Source of the DNA: an uncultured Planctomycetota bacterium
Lineage (GTDB): Bacteria; Planctomycetota; JAFGQW01
Assembly: GCA_964485695.1 (NCBI GenBank)
Contig: CAZAKZ010000010.1
Span: forward strand, 1,280-65,279
Direction: 5' to 3'
Length of the DNA: 64,000 bases
Position 1 is the stretch's first letter. The number at the start of each line of letters is the position of its first letter. The notes beneath the pieces were generated by a model, which made no database searches, was not told the DNA's origin, and saw only the letters and a program-made list of their open reading frames with translations. Shown here in pieces: positions 56,634 to 64,000 of the stretch. A program made the translations under genes and the position numbers.

Positions 56634-59600
56634 TCAGGGGAACTTCCGCCTGAGCTCCACGATGGCCCGGGCCACGGCCCGGCGGCGCTTCTCGATGGGC
56701 GCGGGGTCCCGGGTGAACTCAGTCATGGACCGGGTGATGGACTGGGGAACCGAGAGCACTTCGGCGTAGTGGTTCTTCTTGAGCCCGAGCCGGTCCTTGT
56801 GCTTTTCGAGGAGCCGGTGGAGCATGGCCAGGTACTCGTAGTCCTCGATGCCGTCGCGGAGCATCTCCCAGCGGATGCTGTCCACGGGCCCGTCCAGGAC
56901 GGGACCGGCGGCGGTGCCGTCGGCCGCGGCCTCGGGTGGATACACGAACCGCCCGTCGCCGTTGCCCCAGGGGCGCTTGACGCCGGCAGGGGTGCTGTAT
57001 CCCGAGGTCCAGCTCATGGGGTCGGCGTACGGGTTCTGCGGCTTCCGGCGGTCGGGGTACGCGGCCGAGCTGGTCCAGTAGTTGGTGGCCCACACCAGGA
57101 TGCCCGAGATCCTGCGCTTCCAGGTCTGCCAGAGCCAGACCCGCATCTCGGTGGCCGGGTGGTCGATGAAGAGGGTGCAGTAGGGCGCCTTGGGGCCGCA
57201 GCAGACGTACCACCAGAACGTCTCCCCCCCGCGCATCCGTTCCTTGGCGCTATCCAGGTCGAAGTTGTAGGACACCGGGCACCAGATGTTCGGGCCGCCC
57301 ACGAGGCCTTGCTCCACCTGTTCGGTGAGCATGCGCTGGATGTCCGGGGCGTTCTCCTTCAGCTTCTGGAAGCCGTTCATAACGAAGGCGTAGTCCCTGG
57401 GAGCCGGCTCGTCGAACCAGTAGACAAAGGCCTCGTCCAGCCAGCCCTTCTCGCGCAGGTGCTCCTGCATGGCGTGGCAGTAGTTCCTGAACGCCGCCTT
57501 GTATTCCGGCGTGTCCTCGGTGAATCCGAGGAGCTCGGGTACGCGGCGGGCGTGGAACGTGCCGCCGCCCAGGCCCGGGATGGAGAGGCGGAAGGTGGTG
57601 AAGTGGTAGCGGCCGAAGGCCCGGTCCAGGGCCTTATCCCAGGCGGACCAGTCGAACACGGGCCGGGGACCGCCGGGAGCGTCCTTCTTCCAGGTGACTT
57701 TTAGCCGGTCGAGGGGCGCGGGGTCATAGGGAGAGATGTGGTGGCGGCTGTAGTTCTCGAGGTACTTCGCCAGCACCGCGCGGCGCTGCGCCGGGTTCTT
57801 GAGGTTGTGGTAGCGCCAGACCAGTTCCGGCCGGAATCCGAAGGCCGTGGTGCAGGTCATGCGGTCGGGGAGGGTGAAGTCAAAGACCTCCACCTCGAGA
57901 GAGGTGCGGGCCTCGTACCCCTTGGCGGTGACTTCCAGGACGCCTTTGTATGTGCCCGCGGGCGCGTTTCGGGGCACGGTGACGCGGATCCAGATGGGCT
58001 GGTTCCGGTTCGCCTCCACGTCCACGGGCCGGGTGAAGGGCGGCAGGGGATCGGGCCAGGGCGCTGCCGTGCCCGACGAGTCCGTGGGCCGAGCGATGTC
58101 CAGGTAGCGCACCCGGAGGAGGTCGATGTTCTTGGCCGGAATGGTGGCTTTGTCCGGGCCTTCGAGCGCGCTCGCCTGCGCCGTCAAGCCCTCGAGCGGC
58201 TTCTCCCCCGCTCGTACCACCAGCTGCACGGCCTCGGCCTCGTTCCGGGCAGCGGCAAGGCGGATGGCAGGGCTGCTGTCCTTGGGAAGCGGCCTCGTGC
58301 GCGAGACCTTCCAGCCCGAGGAGCACCACCAGAGCCCGACCGTGCTGCCGGAGCCGGGCAATCTTGAGCCATAGTTCGCGCGATACAGGTCCGCGTTGTT
58401 CCAGTCGACATACGCATAATACTTGACTTTTTCATCCAACCAATCCCAGCAGTAAGGGATGGGGCCGAGGAGAATCGCCACATATTGACGACCTGCGCTA
58501 CACACCTTGTAAGGAATTCGAATCGTCTGCTTGCCCGGCTCGAGGTCGAGGGTGTGGGGTTGGGAAGGCGGTTTGTTATCGACATAGTGGGAAAAGACTC
58601 TGGCCGGTATGGACAGGCGTCGGCCCGTGCGGTTGTCGATGCGGGCAATGAGGGCGTTGTCGCCGCCCGGAATCCCCTCGCCGATGCTCTGGACAGTGAC
58701 GGATATTTCGGGAACCACTTTGTACACGTGCATGAAGTGGGTCTTGCCGGACAGGCAAACAGGTTCACCGCTGACGCGAGAGTGACAGGCGTAGGCGTTT
58801 ACCTGGATCACTGCAGGGCTCTTGCTTTTCACAGGAGTAAGGCGGATCCAGATCGTCTCGGCCGGCAGCAACTTCGGAGGAACCGCGAATTTCTTCGAGG
58901 TCATCCTGTCCAGGGTGCCGATGCGCTTCCAGTCCTTTCCGTCCTGGGAGGCCGAGACCTCCAGCACGCCGCCGCGGTGGTAGTTGACGGTGATCTCCAC
59001 GAAGACGGCCGTGTGGCGGCGCCCGGCCACCTGGTGGCAATAGACCACTTCACTGTCCGGGCCGAAGGTCCAGCGGTTGGTGTTGAATCCGCACCGGTGA
59101 TGCGCGAGGGGACGGCTGTGGTTCCGCGAGGCGGATTCATACGGCGCCTGGAAATGGTAGTCGTTGCCCTGGAGGTGCTCGCCGTCGCCGAGCGTGATCC
59201 CGTGGCGGTTGCGATACACGGCTTGCACCTTGGTGACGACGACTTCATCGAAAGCCACACTCCCCTTCAAATGCCACTGGCCGAACCGGAGCCGGGTGGA
59301 ATCGGGATCGAGGACCTTCGGCGTGAAGAAGACCGAGGTGTAATCCTGCCACTTTCCGGGGATCTTTCCCAGGTCCCGGTTACAGAACAGCGGGCCGGTC
59401 ACAGGCGTGCCCGAGGTGTACGGAGGGCCGAGACTCCGGGCGCAGAAAAGGAGCTGGTAGAGCGCCGACGGCTCCAGATCCAGGGGCGCGGAGAGCCAGT
59501 GGTTGCTGTCCTCGCCGTCCCCGGTCACCGAGATCGATCGCGAGGGGTGTTCATGTTCAATATCAACGGGTTCCAACCGTCCCCGTCCTCCGGACAGCCT

Positions 59601-59729
59601 CCACCCTGCCGGGCTTTCCTTACCCTCCTCGAAGAGCCCGTTGGGCACGTCGATTTTTTGCGCCGTGGAGGTTCCGACCGCACACGCGAATACGCAAAGG
59701 GAGAGCAGGAACGCTTTGAAACCCGTCAT
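56634..59729 (-). CDS. Secreted DUF4091-containing putative glycoside hydrolase with N-terminal carbohydrate-binding-like domain
   Basis: Signal peptide MTGFKAFLLSLCVFACAVGTSTAQ. C-terminal signature GGETFWWYVCCGPKAPYCTLFIDHPATEMRVWLWQTWKRRISGILVWATNYW. A GAGGGG RBS overlaps the upstream gene's stop. Confidence 0.6.
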   Translation of the reverse strand: MTGFKAFLLSLCVFACAVGTSTAQKIDVPNGLFEEGKESPAGWRLSGGRGRLEPVDIEHEHPSRSISVTGDGEDSNHWLSAPLDLEPSALYQLLFCARSLGPPYTSGTPVTGPLFCNRDLGKIPGKWQDYTSVFFTPKVLDPDSTRLRFGQWHLKGSVAFDEVVVTKVQAVYRNRHGITLGDGEHLQGNDYHFQAPYESASRNHSRPLAHHRCGFNTNRWTFGPDSEVVYCHQVAGRRHTAVFVEITVNYHRGGVLEVSASQDGKDWKRIGTLDRMTSKKFAVPPKLLPAETIWIRLTPVKSKSPAVIQVNAYACHSRVSGEPVCLSGKTHFMHVYKVVPEISVTVQSIGEGIPGGDNALIARIDNRTGRRLSIPARVFSHYVDNKPPSQPHTLDLEPGKQTIRIPYKVCSAGRQYVAILLGPIPYCWDWLDEKVKYYAYVDWNNADLYRANYGSRLPGSGSTVGLWWCSSGWKVSRTRPLPKDSSPAIRLAAARNEAEAVQLVVRAGEKPLEGLTAQASALEGPDKATIPAKNIDLLRVRYLDIARPTDSSGTAAPWPDPLPPFTRPVDVEANRNQPIWIRVTVPRNAPAGTYKGVLEVTAKGYEARTSLEVEVFDFTLPDRMTCTTAFGFRPELVWRYHNLKNPAQRRAVLAKYLENYSRHHISPYDPAPLDRLKVTWKKDAPGGPRPVFDWSAWDKALDRAFGRYHFTTFRLSIPGLGGGTFHARRVPELLGFTEDTPEYKAAFRNYCHAMQEHLREKGWLDEAFVYWFDEPAPRDYAFVMNGFQKLKENAPDIQRMLTEQVEQGLVGGPNIWCPVSYNFDLDSAKERMRGGETFWWYVCCGPKAPYCTLFIDHPATEMRVWLWQTWKRRISGILVWATNYWTSSAAYPDRRKPQNPYADPMSWTSGYSTPAGVKRPWGNGDGRFVYPPEAAADGTAAGPVLDGPVDSIRWEMLRDGIEDYEYLAMLHRLLEKHKDRLGLKKNHYAEVLSVPQSITRSMTEFTRDPAPIEKRRRAVARAIVELRRKFP

Positions 59730-59739
59730 GATGAACCCC

Positions 59740-60219
59740 TCAGAACTTGATTACGGCCAGGCGCTTCTCGAAATCCTCGACCACGAACCTCTTCTTCCCC
59801 TTCTTCACGACCGTATGGCCCTCGGCCTCCAGGTGCTCCCTCTGGGCCTCGATGCCGCCGGGGTACTTGGGATTCAGCTCGCCGCCCGTCTTCAGCGTCC
59901 GCCACCAGGGCGTGACGCGCTTCCGGCCCTCGGCCACCGCCTCTGCGGCTGCGTTGGCCGCGATCCAGGCGAAGATTCCCGTGGTGATGGGGCAGGTGAA
60001 GTTCGCACCGTGCTTCTCCGCCAGAACAGCGCGGATCTCGTTGATGGTGGTCAGTTTTCCCTTCCGGACCATCCGCATCACCTCGTCCACCTCCATGGGG
60101 GCCGGGATCACGAAGGTGCCCGTGCCCCAGCGCTTGGTCATCTTTCCGGTGACCTTCTGCACCGTGGGCAGGCCCTTGCTCTGACTGAGCTTCTCTCTCC
60201 AGGATATGTTGGCTGCCAT
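59740..60219 (-). CDS. MGMT-family (alkyltransferase-like) winged-helix DNA-binding-domain protein lacking the acceptor cysteine
   Basis: VRKGKLTTINEIRAVLAEKHG...VTPWWRTLKTGGEL corresponds to the family pattern (G.vtTYg.iA...vPcHRVv...G.l), with Trp in place of Cys. There is a 2-nt gap to the upstream KamA-like gene. Confidence 0.5.
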   Translation of the reverse strand: MAANISWREKLSQSKGLPTVQKVTGKMTKRWGTGTFVIPAPMEVDEVMRMVRKGKLTTINEIRAVLAEKHGANFTCPITTGIFAWIAANAAAEAVAEGRKRVTPWWRTLKTGGELNPKYPGGIEAQREHLEAEGHTVVKKGKKRFVVEDFEKRLAVIKF

Positions 60220-60221
60220 GT

Positions 60222-62414
60222 TCAGACCTTGATCTCTATGTTGGTGAGTTCATCCGTCACATTGAAGTCGTACTCCGGATACTCGTACACGGGCATCCTG
60301 GCTTCGGTCTCCCCGATGGAGTAGCCGTAGAGGCTTTCATATCCCGACAGGTCCTCGCCCATGTTCTCTAGCTGCTGCAGGTACTCGCTGATGGACTTGG
60401 ATTCGATGATGACCACCTTGCCCATCTTGTGAATGATGGGGCTGTGCATCCGGGTCGGGTCGTGGTCGAACTCGAGAATCCGCCTCCCGTACCGGGTGAT
60501 GCCGATGACCCGGAAGGTGAGGCTCTTGCCCACGCCCGGGAGATTCAGCACGCTGCGGTCCGTGGCCAGGAACGGCAGGTCGGCGGCTTTACGGAGCGCG
60601 GCGATGTTCTCCACGAGGCGCTCCGCCTCGAGGGGGAACCGCCGGATCGTATCGTGGTGCGCCTCGGGGAGGGTCCCGATGACCTTCTCCTCCACCTGTT
60701 CCTGCACGACCCGCGCCAGGGGCGCAAAGGTGTGGTTGTTCTCCATGTAGCCCTTGACGGCGAAGGTGTAGTAGGGGAGGACGCCGATCCTGTTCAGGAC
60801 CTGCCTCAGCTTCGACGCATGCCCGCGTCTCGAAGCCGAGGCGGTGTAGACGTGCTGGTTCGTCACCGTCCAGCCCGCAGAGAGGAGGCGATGTACAGCG
60901 TCCCGGGTTTCCGGTGTCACCTCCATGGGCGATGTGAAATGGGTCTGGACGACGAACTGCTTGATCCCGATCTTCGATGCCTTCTCCTTGAACTCCTTGA
61001 GGATCCGGGTGAGGTCCGGGGTGATTCGCTGGGGAAGGTAGACCGGGAGGCGCGTGCCGAGGCGCACCCTCAGCATCTCTGCATATTTTTCGCCTTTCTT
61101 TCTCTTCTTGTTGGCCTCCTTCTTCCTGGCGGCCATCTCGTACACTGCGTCCAGGATCTTCTCCAGGGTGTGATCGGCGCTCATGAGCGCGTCGCCGCCG
61201 GTGATGAGAATGTCGCGGAGCTGGGAATCTGTCTCGAAGTAGTTCATGAAGTCGACCAGCTTTTCGGGCCAGGTCTTCCCGGGTTTCAGCCTTTCGAGGT
61301 TGAAATTCAGGTGGCCGTTCTGGAAGTCGTACATCCTCTGGCACGGGGCGCAGAGTCCGCCGCAGGCACGGCCCATTGAGTCCGGAATCAGGATGGCGAC
61401 GTCGGGGTAGCGCCGGTGGACGTTGTTGTGCGAGGGGAGCAGCCAGCCGGCGGCGTTGGGCTTGCCGGGCACCACCTCGTCCTCCCTTTCCCAGGCCACG
61501 ATGTGTCCGAACTCCTCGACGAGCTGGCTGCTGTAGACGACGTAATCCCGGATGGCCATGTCCGCGCCGATGGCGAAGTAGGGGACCCGGACGTGCATGA
61601 GGGACAGGTAGTAGGGATTCACGAAGAAGGGGATACCAGCGTCCCGGGCCTCGTAGAGGACCTTCATGGTGTCGGGATCGAGGGAGTTTCCGAGCATCTC
61701 GTTGAGGACCTCGGGAGATCGCACCGCGAACCGGAGGTGGAATCGCATGTCCCCCCACCACTCCAGGGTTTTCAGGAACTTCTCCTCCCGCAACATGCCC
61801 GGCCTGAACTTGAACCTGGAACTGGTGATCTCGCCCCGGTCCATGCGGTCGATGATGATGTTGAGGATTCGCTCACGGTTCTCCTCGCGCAGCGTGATGA
61901 TGCGGGGGTCCAGGCCGGAGGGAAAGCGGTCCATCCACGCCTCCACCGTCTCCCGGCCGGGCAGGCGCCGCACGCTCTCGCCCCGGAGCTGCCGGAAGAC
62001 CTCGAGCATGTCCTCGAAGAAGTAGGGCCGGGCGCCGCCCGTGCCCTGGGTGACCGCCATCCAGATGAGCTTGATGGGATTGCTCACGGCGATCTCGCCC
62101 CGCAGGTTCTTGTCCCTGAACTCCCGGCCGGCGTTATCGATGTAGTCGAGGATGCGAATGGCTGCGAAGTCACGCCACTGCAGCTTTTCAAAGGATTCCT
62201 GGTCGGCATGGTCGCTCTTGTAAAAGGCGAGGGCATCGGGGCTGGTCTCCAGGATCTCGAGCACCCATTTCCTCACCCCCACCAGCGCTTCGGTCTCGTT
62301 CCTGGCCCGGGTCATGATCTCCTCGAGCTTCGGATTCTCCTTCAGGAGCTTTTCCAGGAGCCGGTGGGACTTGACGTTGATGGCGATCTTGTCGAGAACC
62401 TCGATGGTCGGCAT
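60222..62414 (-). CDS. KamA-family radical SAM aminomutase-like protein, long form (730 aa)
   Basis: Radical SAM cluster motif GRACGGLCAPCQRMYDF (CxxxCxxC) in a KamA-like context (ILITGGDALM; RLGTRLPV; VVQTHFTSP; NQHVYTAS; YYTF). About 330 aa of helical extension lie N-terminal to it, and about 150 aa lie C-terminal. The ATG at 62414 (AGGAAG RBS) gives MPTIEVLDKI. The track start at 62534 is unsupported. Confidence 0.75.
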   Translation of the reverse strand: MPTIEVLDKIAINVKSHRLLEKLLKENPKLEEIMTRARNETEALVGVRKWVLEILETSPDALAFYKSDHADQESFEKLQWRDFAAIRILDYIDNAGREFRDKNLRGEIAVSNPIKLIWMAVTQGTGGARPYFFEDMLEVFRQLRGESVRRLPGRETVEAWMDRFPSGLDPRIITLREENRERILNIIIDRMDRGEITSSRFKFRPGMLREEKFLKTLEWWGDMRFHLRFAVRSPEVLNEMLGNSLDPDTMKVLYEARDAGIPFFVNPYYLSLMHVRVPYFAIGADMAIRDYVVYSSQLVEEFGHIVAWEREDEVVPGKPNAAGWLLPSHNNVHRRYPDVAILIPDSMGRACGGLCAPCQRMYDFQNGHLNFNLERLKPGKTWPEKLVDFMNYFETDSQLRDILITGGDALMSADHTLEKILDAVYEMAARKKEANKKRKKGEKYAEMLRVRLGTRLPVYLPQRITPDLTRILKEFKEKASKIGIKQFVVQTHFTSPMEVTPETRDAVHRLLSAGWTVTNQHVYTASASRRGHASKLRQVLNRIGVLPYYTFAVKGYMENNHTFAPLARVVQEQVEEKVIGTLPEAHHDTIRRFPLEAERLVENIAALRKAADLPFLATDRSVLNLPGVGKSLTFRVIGITRYGRRILEFDHDPTRMHSPIIHKMGKVVIIESKSISEYLQQLENMGEDLSGYESLYGYSIGETEARMPVYEYPEYDFNVTDELTNIEIKV

Positions 62415-62548
62415 GGCAGATTCTTCCTGTGCTGGTGGCTGCAGGAACTTCGGGCGTGTCGTCGGATTCAGCCCGGATTCCGCATACCATTGTAGCAGAG
62501 GTTGACAGGGCTGCAATCGTCGGGGAGCGAACAACCTGTCGCAACAGG

Positions 62549-62556
62549 ATTATACA
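62549..62556 (-). promoter_or_regulatory. Candidate extended -10 promoter (TGTATAAT on the minus strand) upstream of the KamA-like operon
   Basis: Plus-strand ATTATACA at 62549-62556 reads TGTATAAT on the minus strand. It lies immediately after a 7-bp-stem hairpin (62557-62575, ACGGCAC-ggaca-GTGCCGT) that follows the Rpn-like gene. It is about 135 nt upstream of the ATG at 62414. Confidence 0.3.
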
Positions 62557-62619
62557 CGGCACGGACAGTGCCGTAGAAAGAGGTGATTCAGGGAAGGAGC
62601 CGGAAAAATGGCCTCAGGT

Positions 62620-63708
62620 TTAAGGAAAAATTCCCATCTCCTCCAGTGTGCCGGCTGTGACGATCCGATCCAGCCAGGCGTTCAGCTGTACGAGGTCGGA
62701 AGTGTCATCGATACATAAGGCGATGTTCTGCGGGATCTCACCGAAACGCATGCGGAGCAGCCGAACCAGGGTGGAGCGGGCGCTTTCTACACGCCCTTCT
62801 TCGCGCCCTTCTTCACGCCCTTCCGCGCGCCCCTCGTCTCTCAGACTCTCGGCAATGGTCTTGCCCATTCTGCTCAGCTCCCGTCGGTGGTCATCGGTCC
62901 AGGCGGCCGCTTTGAGTTTGTCCTCCAGGCTATATTTTTCGCAAGCCTCTCTTTCATGATACACAAAAGCGTGGATATAAGAAAGCAGGTCCTCACCTCG
63001 CGCTCGCTCCAGTTCCGGCATGGGCTTCAGGTGCAGCAACAAGCGATCCAACAGGCGGCTGAATGCAGCCGGACGCGATCTCCTCGCCTGCACCATGCGG
63101 AGCACCCATCCCAGGTATCCACCTTTCCGCTCGAGTGTTTCGGGGGAAATCGCCGGGAGATTCAAGAACAGGGACTCCATCACGGGGGTGATGCGCCGGA
63201 AATGTTCCCCTGCCTCGATGAGATCCGGAAGCGTCCCGACCGTCTCCCATGAGCGCGTTCCTGTGTGGAACACCACCGGAAGCACCGGCATCAGGCGAAA
63301 TCCCACGAGGGAACGCCCGTGACGGGCTCTCCACCGATTCACCTGGAACCGGTAGATCTGCGTCACGTAGTCTACCATCCGGAGCGGCATCAGGGGATCC
63401 GGCACGGACTGGTGCTCGATCAGGATGGTGATCATCAGGCGCCGTCCGGAGGAGTGCGCAGCGCCCCTAAGCGGCGCCACGAGCACCACGTCGGAAGACA
63501 GGTGGCGATAGTCGCTCGCGATGAACGTCGTGGGCACGAGATGCATCCGGTCAAGGTCGACCTTGTGCACGATGTCGTCCCGGGCAAGTGCAAGTAGGTC
63601 CCGCACGTTCCTCGGGTGCTCGAGCAGCAACTTCATCCCGTTTTCCGGGAAGTTGCGCGTGAGCGCATGCAACCTGGACTCGCGTGTCTTTCCAATTCTG
63701 CCGGACAT
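62620..63708 (-). CDS. Rpn-family recombination-promoting nuclease / putative transposase (PD-(D/E)xK, YhgA-like) with DUF4351-like C-terminus
   Basis: Core LVPTTFIASDYRHLSSDVVLVAPL...MITILIEHQSVPDPLMPLRMVDYVTQIY is typical of the YhgA/Rpn family. EGRAEGREEGREEGR is encoded by 12-bp tandem repeats. It is followed by LVRLLRMRFGEIPQNIALCIDDTSDLVQLNAWLDRI, which is DUF4351-like. I prefer the start at ATG 63708 (MSGRIGK) over 63768. Confidence 0.7.
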   Translation of the reverse strand: MSGRIGKTRESRLHALTRNFPENGMKLLLEHPRNVRDLLALARDDIVHKVDLDRMHLVPTTFIASDYRHLSSDVVLVAPLRGAAHSSGRRLMITILIEHQSVPDPLMPLRMVDYVTQIYRFQVNRWRARHGRSLVGFRLMPVLPVVFHTGTRSWETVGTLPDLIEAGEHFRRITPVMESLFLNLPAISPETLERKGGYLGWVLRMVQARRSRPAAFSRLLDRLLLHLKPMPELERARGEDLLSYIHAFVYHEREACEKYSLEDKLKAAAWTDDHRRELSRMGKTIAESLRDEGRAEGREEGREEGRVESARSTLVRLLRMRFGEIPQNIALCIDDTSDLVQLNAWLDRIVTAGTLEEMGIFP

Positions 63709-63901
63709 TGCGGTTCTTTTCCTGGTGAGAAATTTCCAGAAAGAAGACGGTCGGCCGGTAGGTCGCAATGGATGGAATCCGGTTACAGGGAAAATCGGAT
63801 TTTTTCAGAAATGCCATGGAGTCGCCCATTGTGGGCGGGTGTATGTGATATTGTAGAATCCGCCGCGCAAAAAACGAGTCCATCCACACGGGAAGAATGC
63901 C

Positions 63902-64000
63902 ATGAAATCCACCCTGTTCGTACTGGTCCTTCTTGCTGCCATTGCATTGTTTTCCGGCGATTCTACCTGCCAGGGGGATCCCCGGGCGGGAATCAAGTCT
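63902..64000 (+). CDS. Start of a secreted protein (partial, runs off the window end)
   Basis: The ATG at 63902 opens a frame to the window end: MKSTLFVLVLLAAIALFSGDSTCQGDPRAGIKS, which is signal-peptide-like. Only 33 codons are visible. Confidence 0.35.
   Translation, partial: MKSTLFVLVLLAAIALFSGDSTCQGDPRAGIKS

Noticed and set aside
62791-62838. Short-period tandem repeats that might suggest a CRISPR or VNTR locus
   Set aside because: The period is only 12 bp, there are no spacers, and the tract lies in-frame inside the Rpn-like gene, where it encodes (EGRx)n. No CRISPR-like repeat-spacer array was seen anywhere in the window.

Overview
GC-rich bacterial chromosomal segment with strong G/C bias at third codon positions. 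This bias produces many long antisense shadow ORFs in the track. I saw no rRNA, tRNA or CRISPR array. I support about 36 protein genes.

Gene content, in order along the window:
- A partial membrane-anchored SGNH hydrolase that the ORF track misses.
- A MITE-like element with perfect terminal inverted repeats.
- A secreted beta-helix/HEAT protein.
- recQ, divergent from a stand-alone EF-G paralog.
- A six-gene minus-strand glycan cluster: five GT4-type glycosyltransferases plus gmd, with ATGA start/stop overlaps.
- A chaperone operon (Hsp20, Hsp20, dnaK, CbpA-like J-protein) preceded by a perfect sigma54 -24/-12 element.
- A divergent two-gene HD-GYP (c-di-GMP phosphodiesterase) module and an NtrC-family sigma54 activator.
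- Nucleoside salvage genes (cdd and two nucleoside phosphorylases).
- A secreted trypsin-like protease and a neighbouring secreted protein that share a C-terminal module.
- SprT-like and thioesterase genes.
- A run of signal-peptide glycan-active or adhesin-like proteins: DUF2961/GH172, beta-helix+PA14, BNR/sortilin-like, DUF4091.
- A 2867-aa FecR/VIT/vWA/alpha-solenoid/TPR protein followed by a GT-C membrane glycosyltransferase.
- A DASS transporter.
- A response regulator plus a soluble multi-PAS histidine kinase with a Rossmann-like N-terminus.
- A long-form KamA-family radical SAM gene coupled to an MGMT-like gene.
- An Rpn-family nuclease.

No recognisable defence island or canonical mobile island is present. 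The most unusual items are:
- the sigma54/EBP/HD-GYP/chaperone neighbourhood;
- the giant VIT-vWA-solenoid protein;
- the MITE;
- a 34-bp-arm inverted repeat that begins where a second sigma54-like promoter would start transcription.

All functional calls come from motifs read by eye, and no database search was possible.
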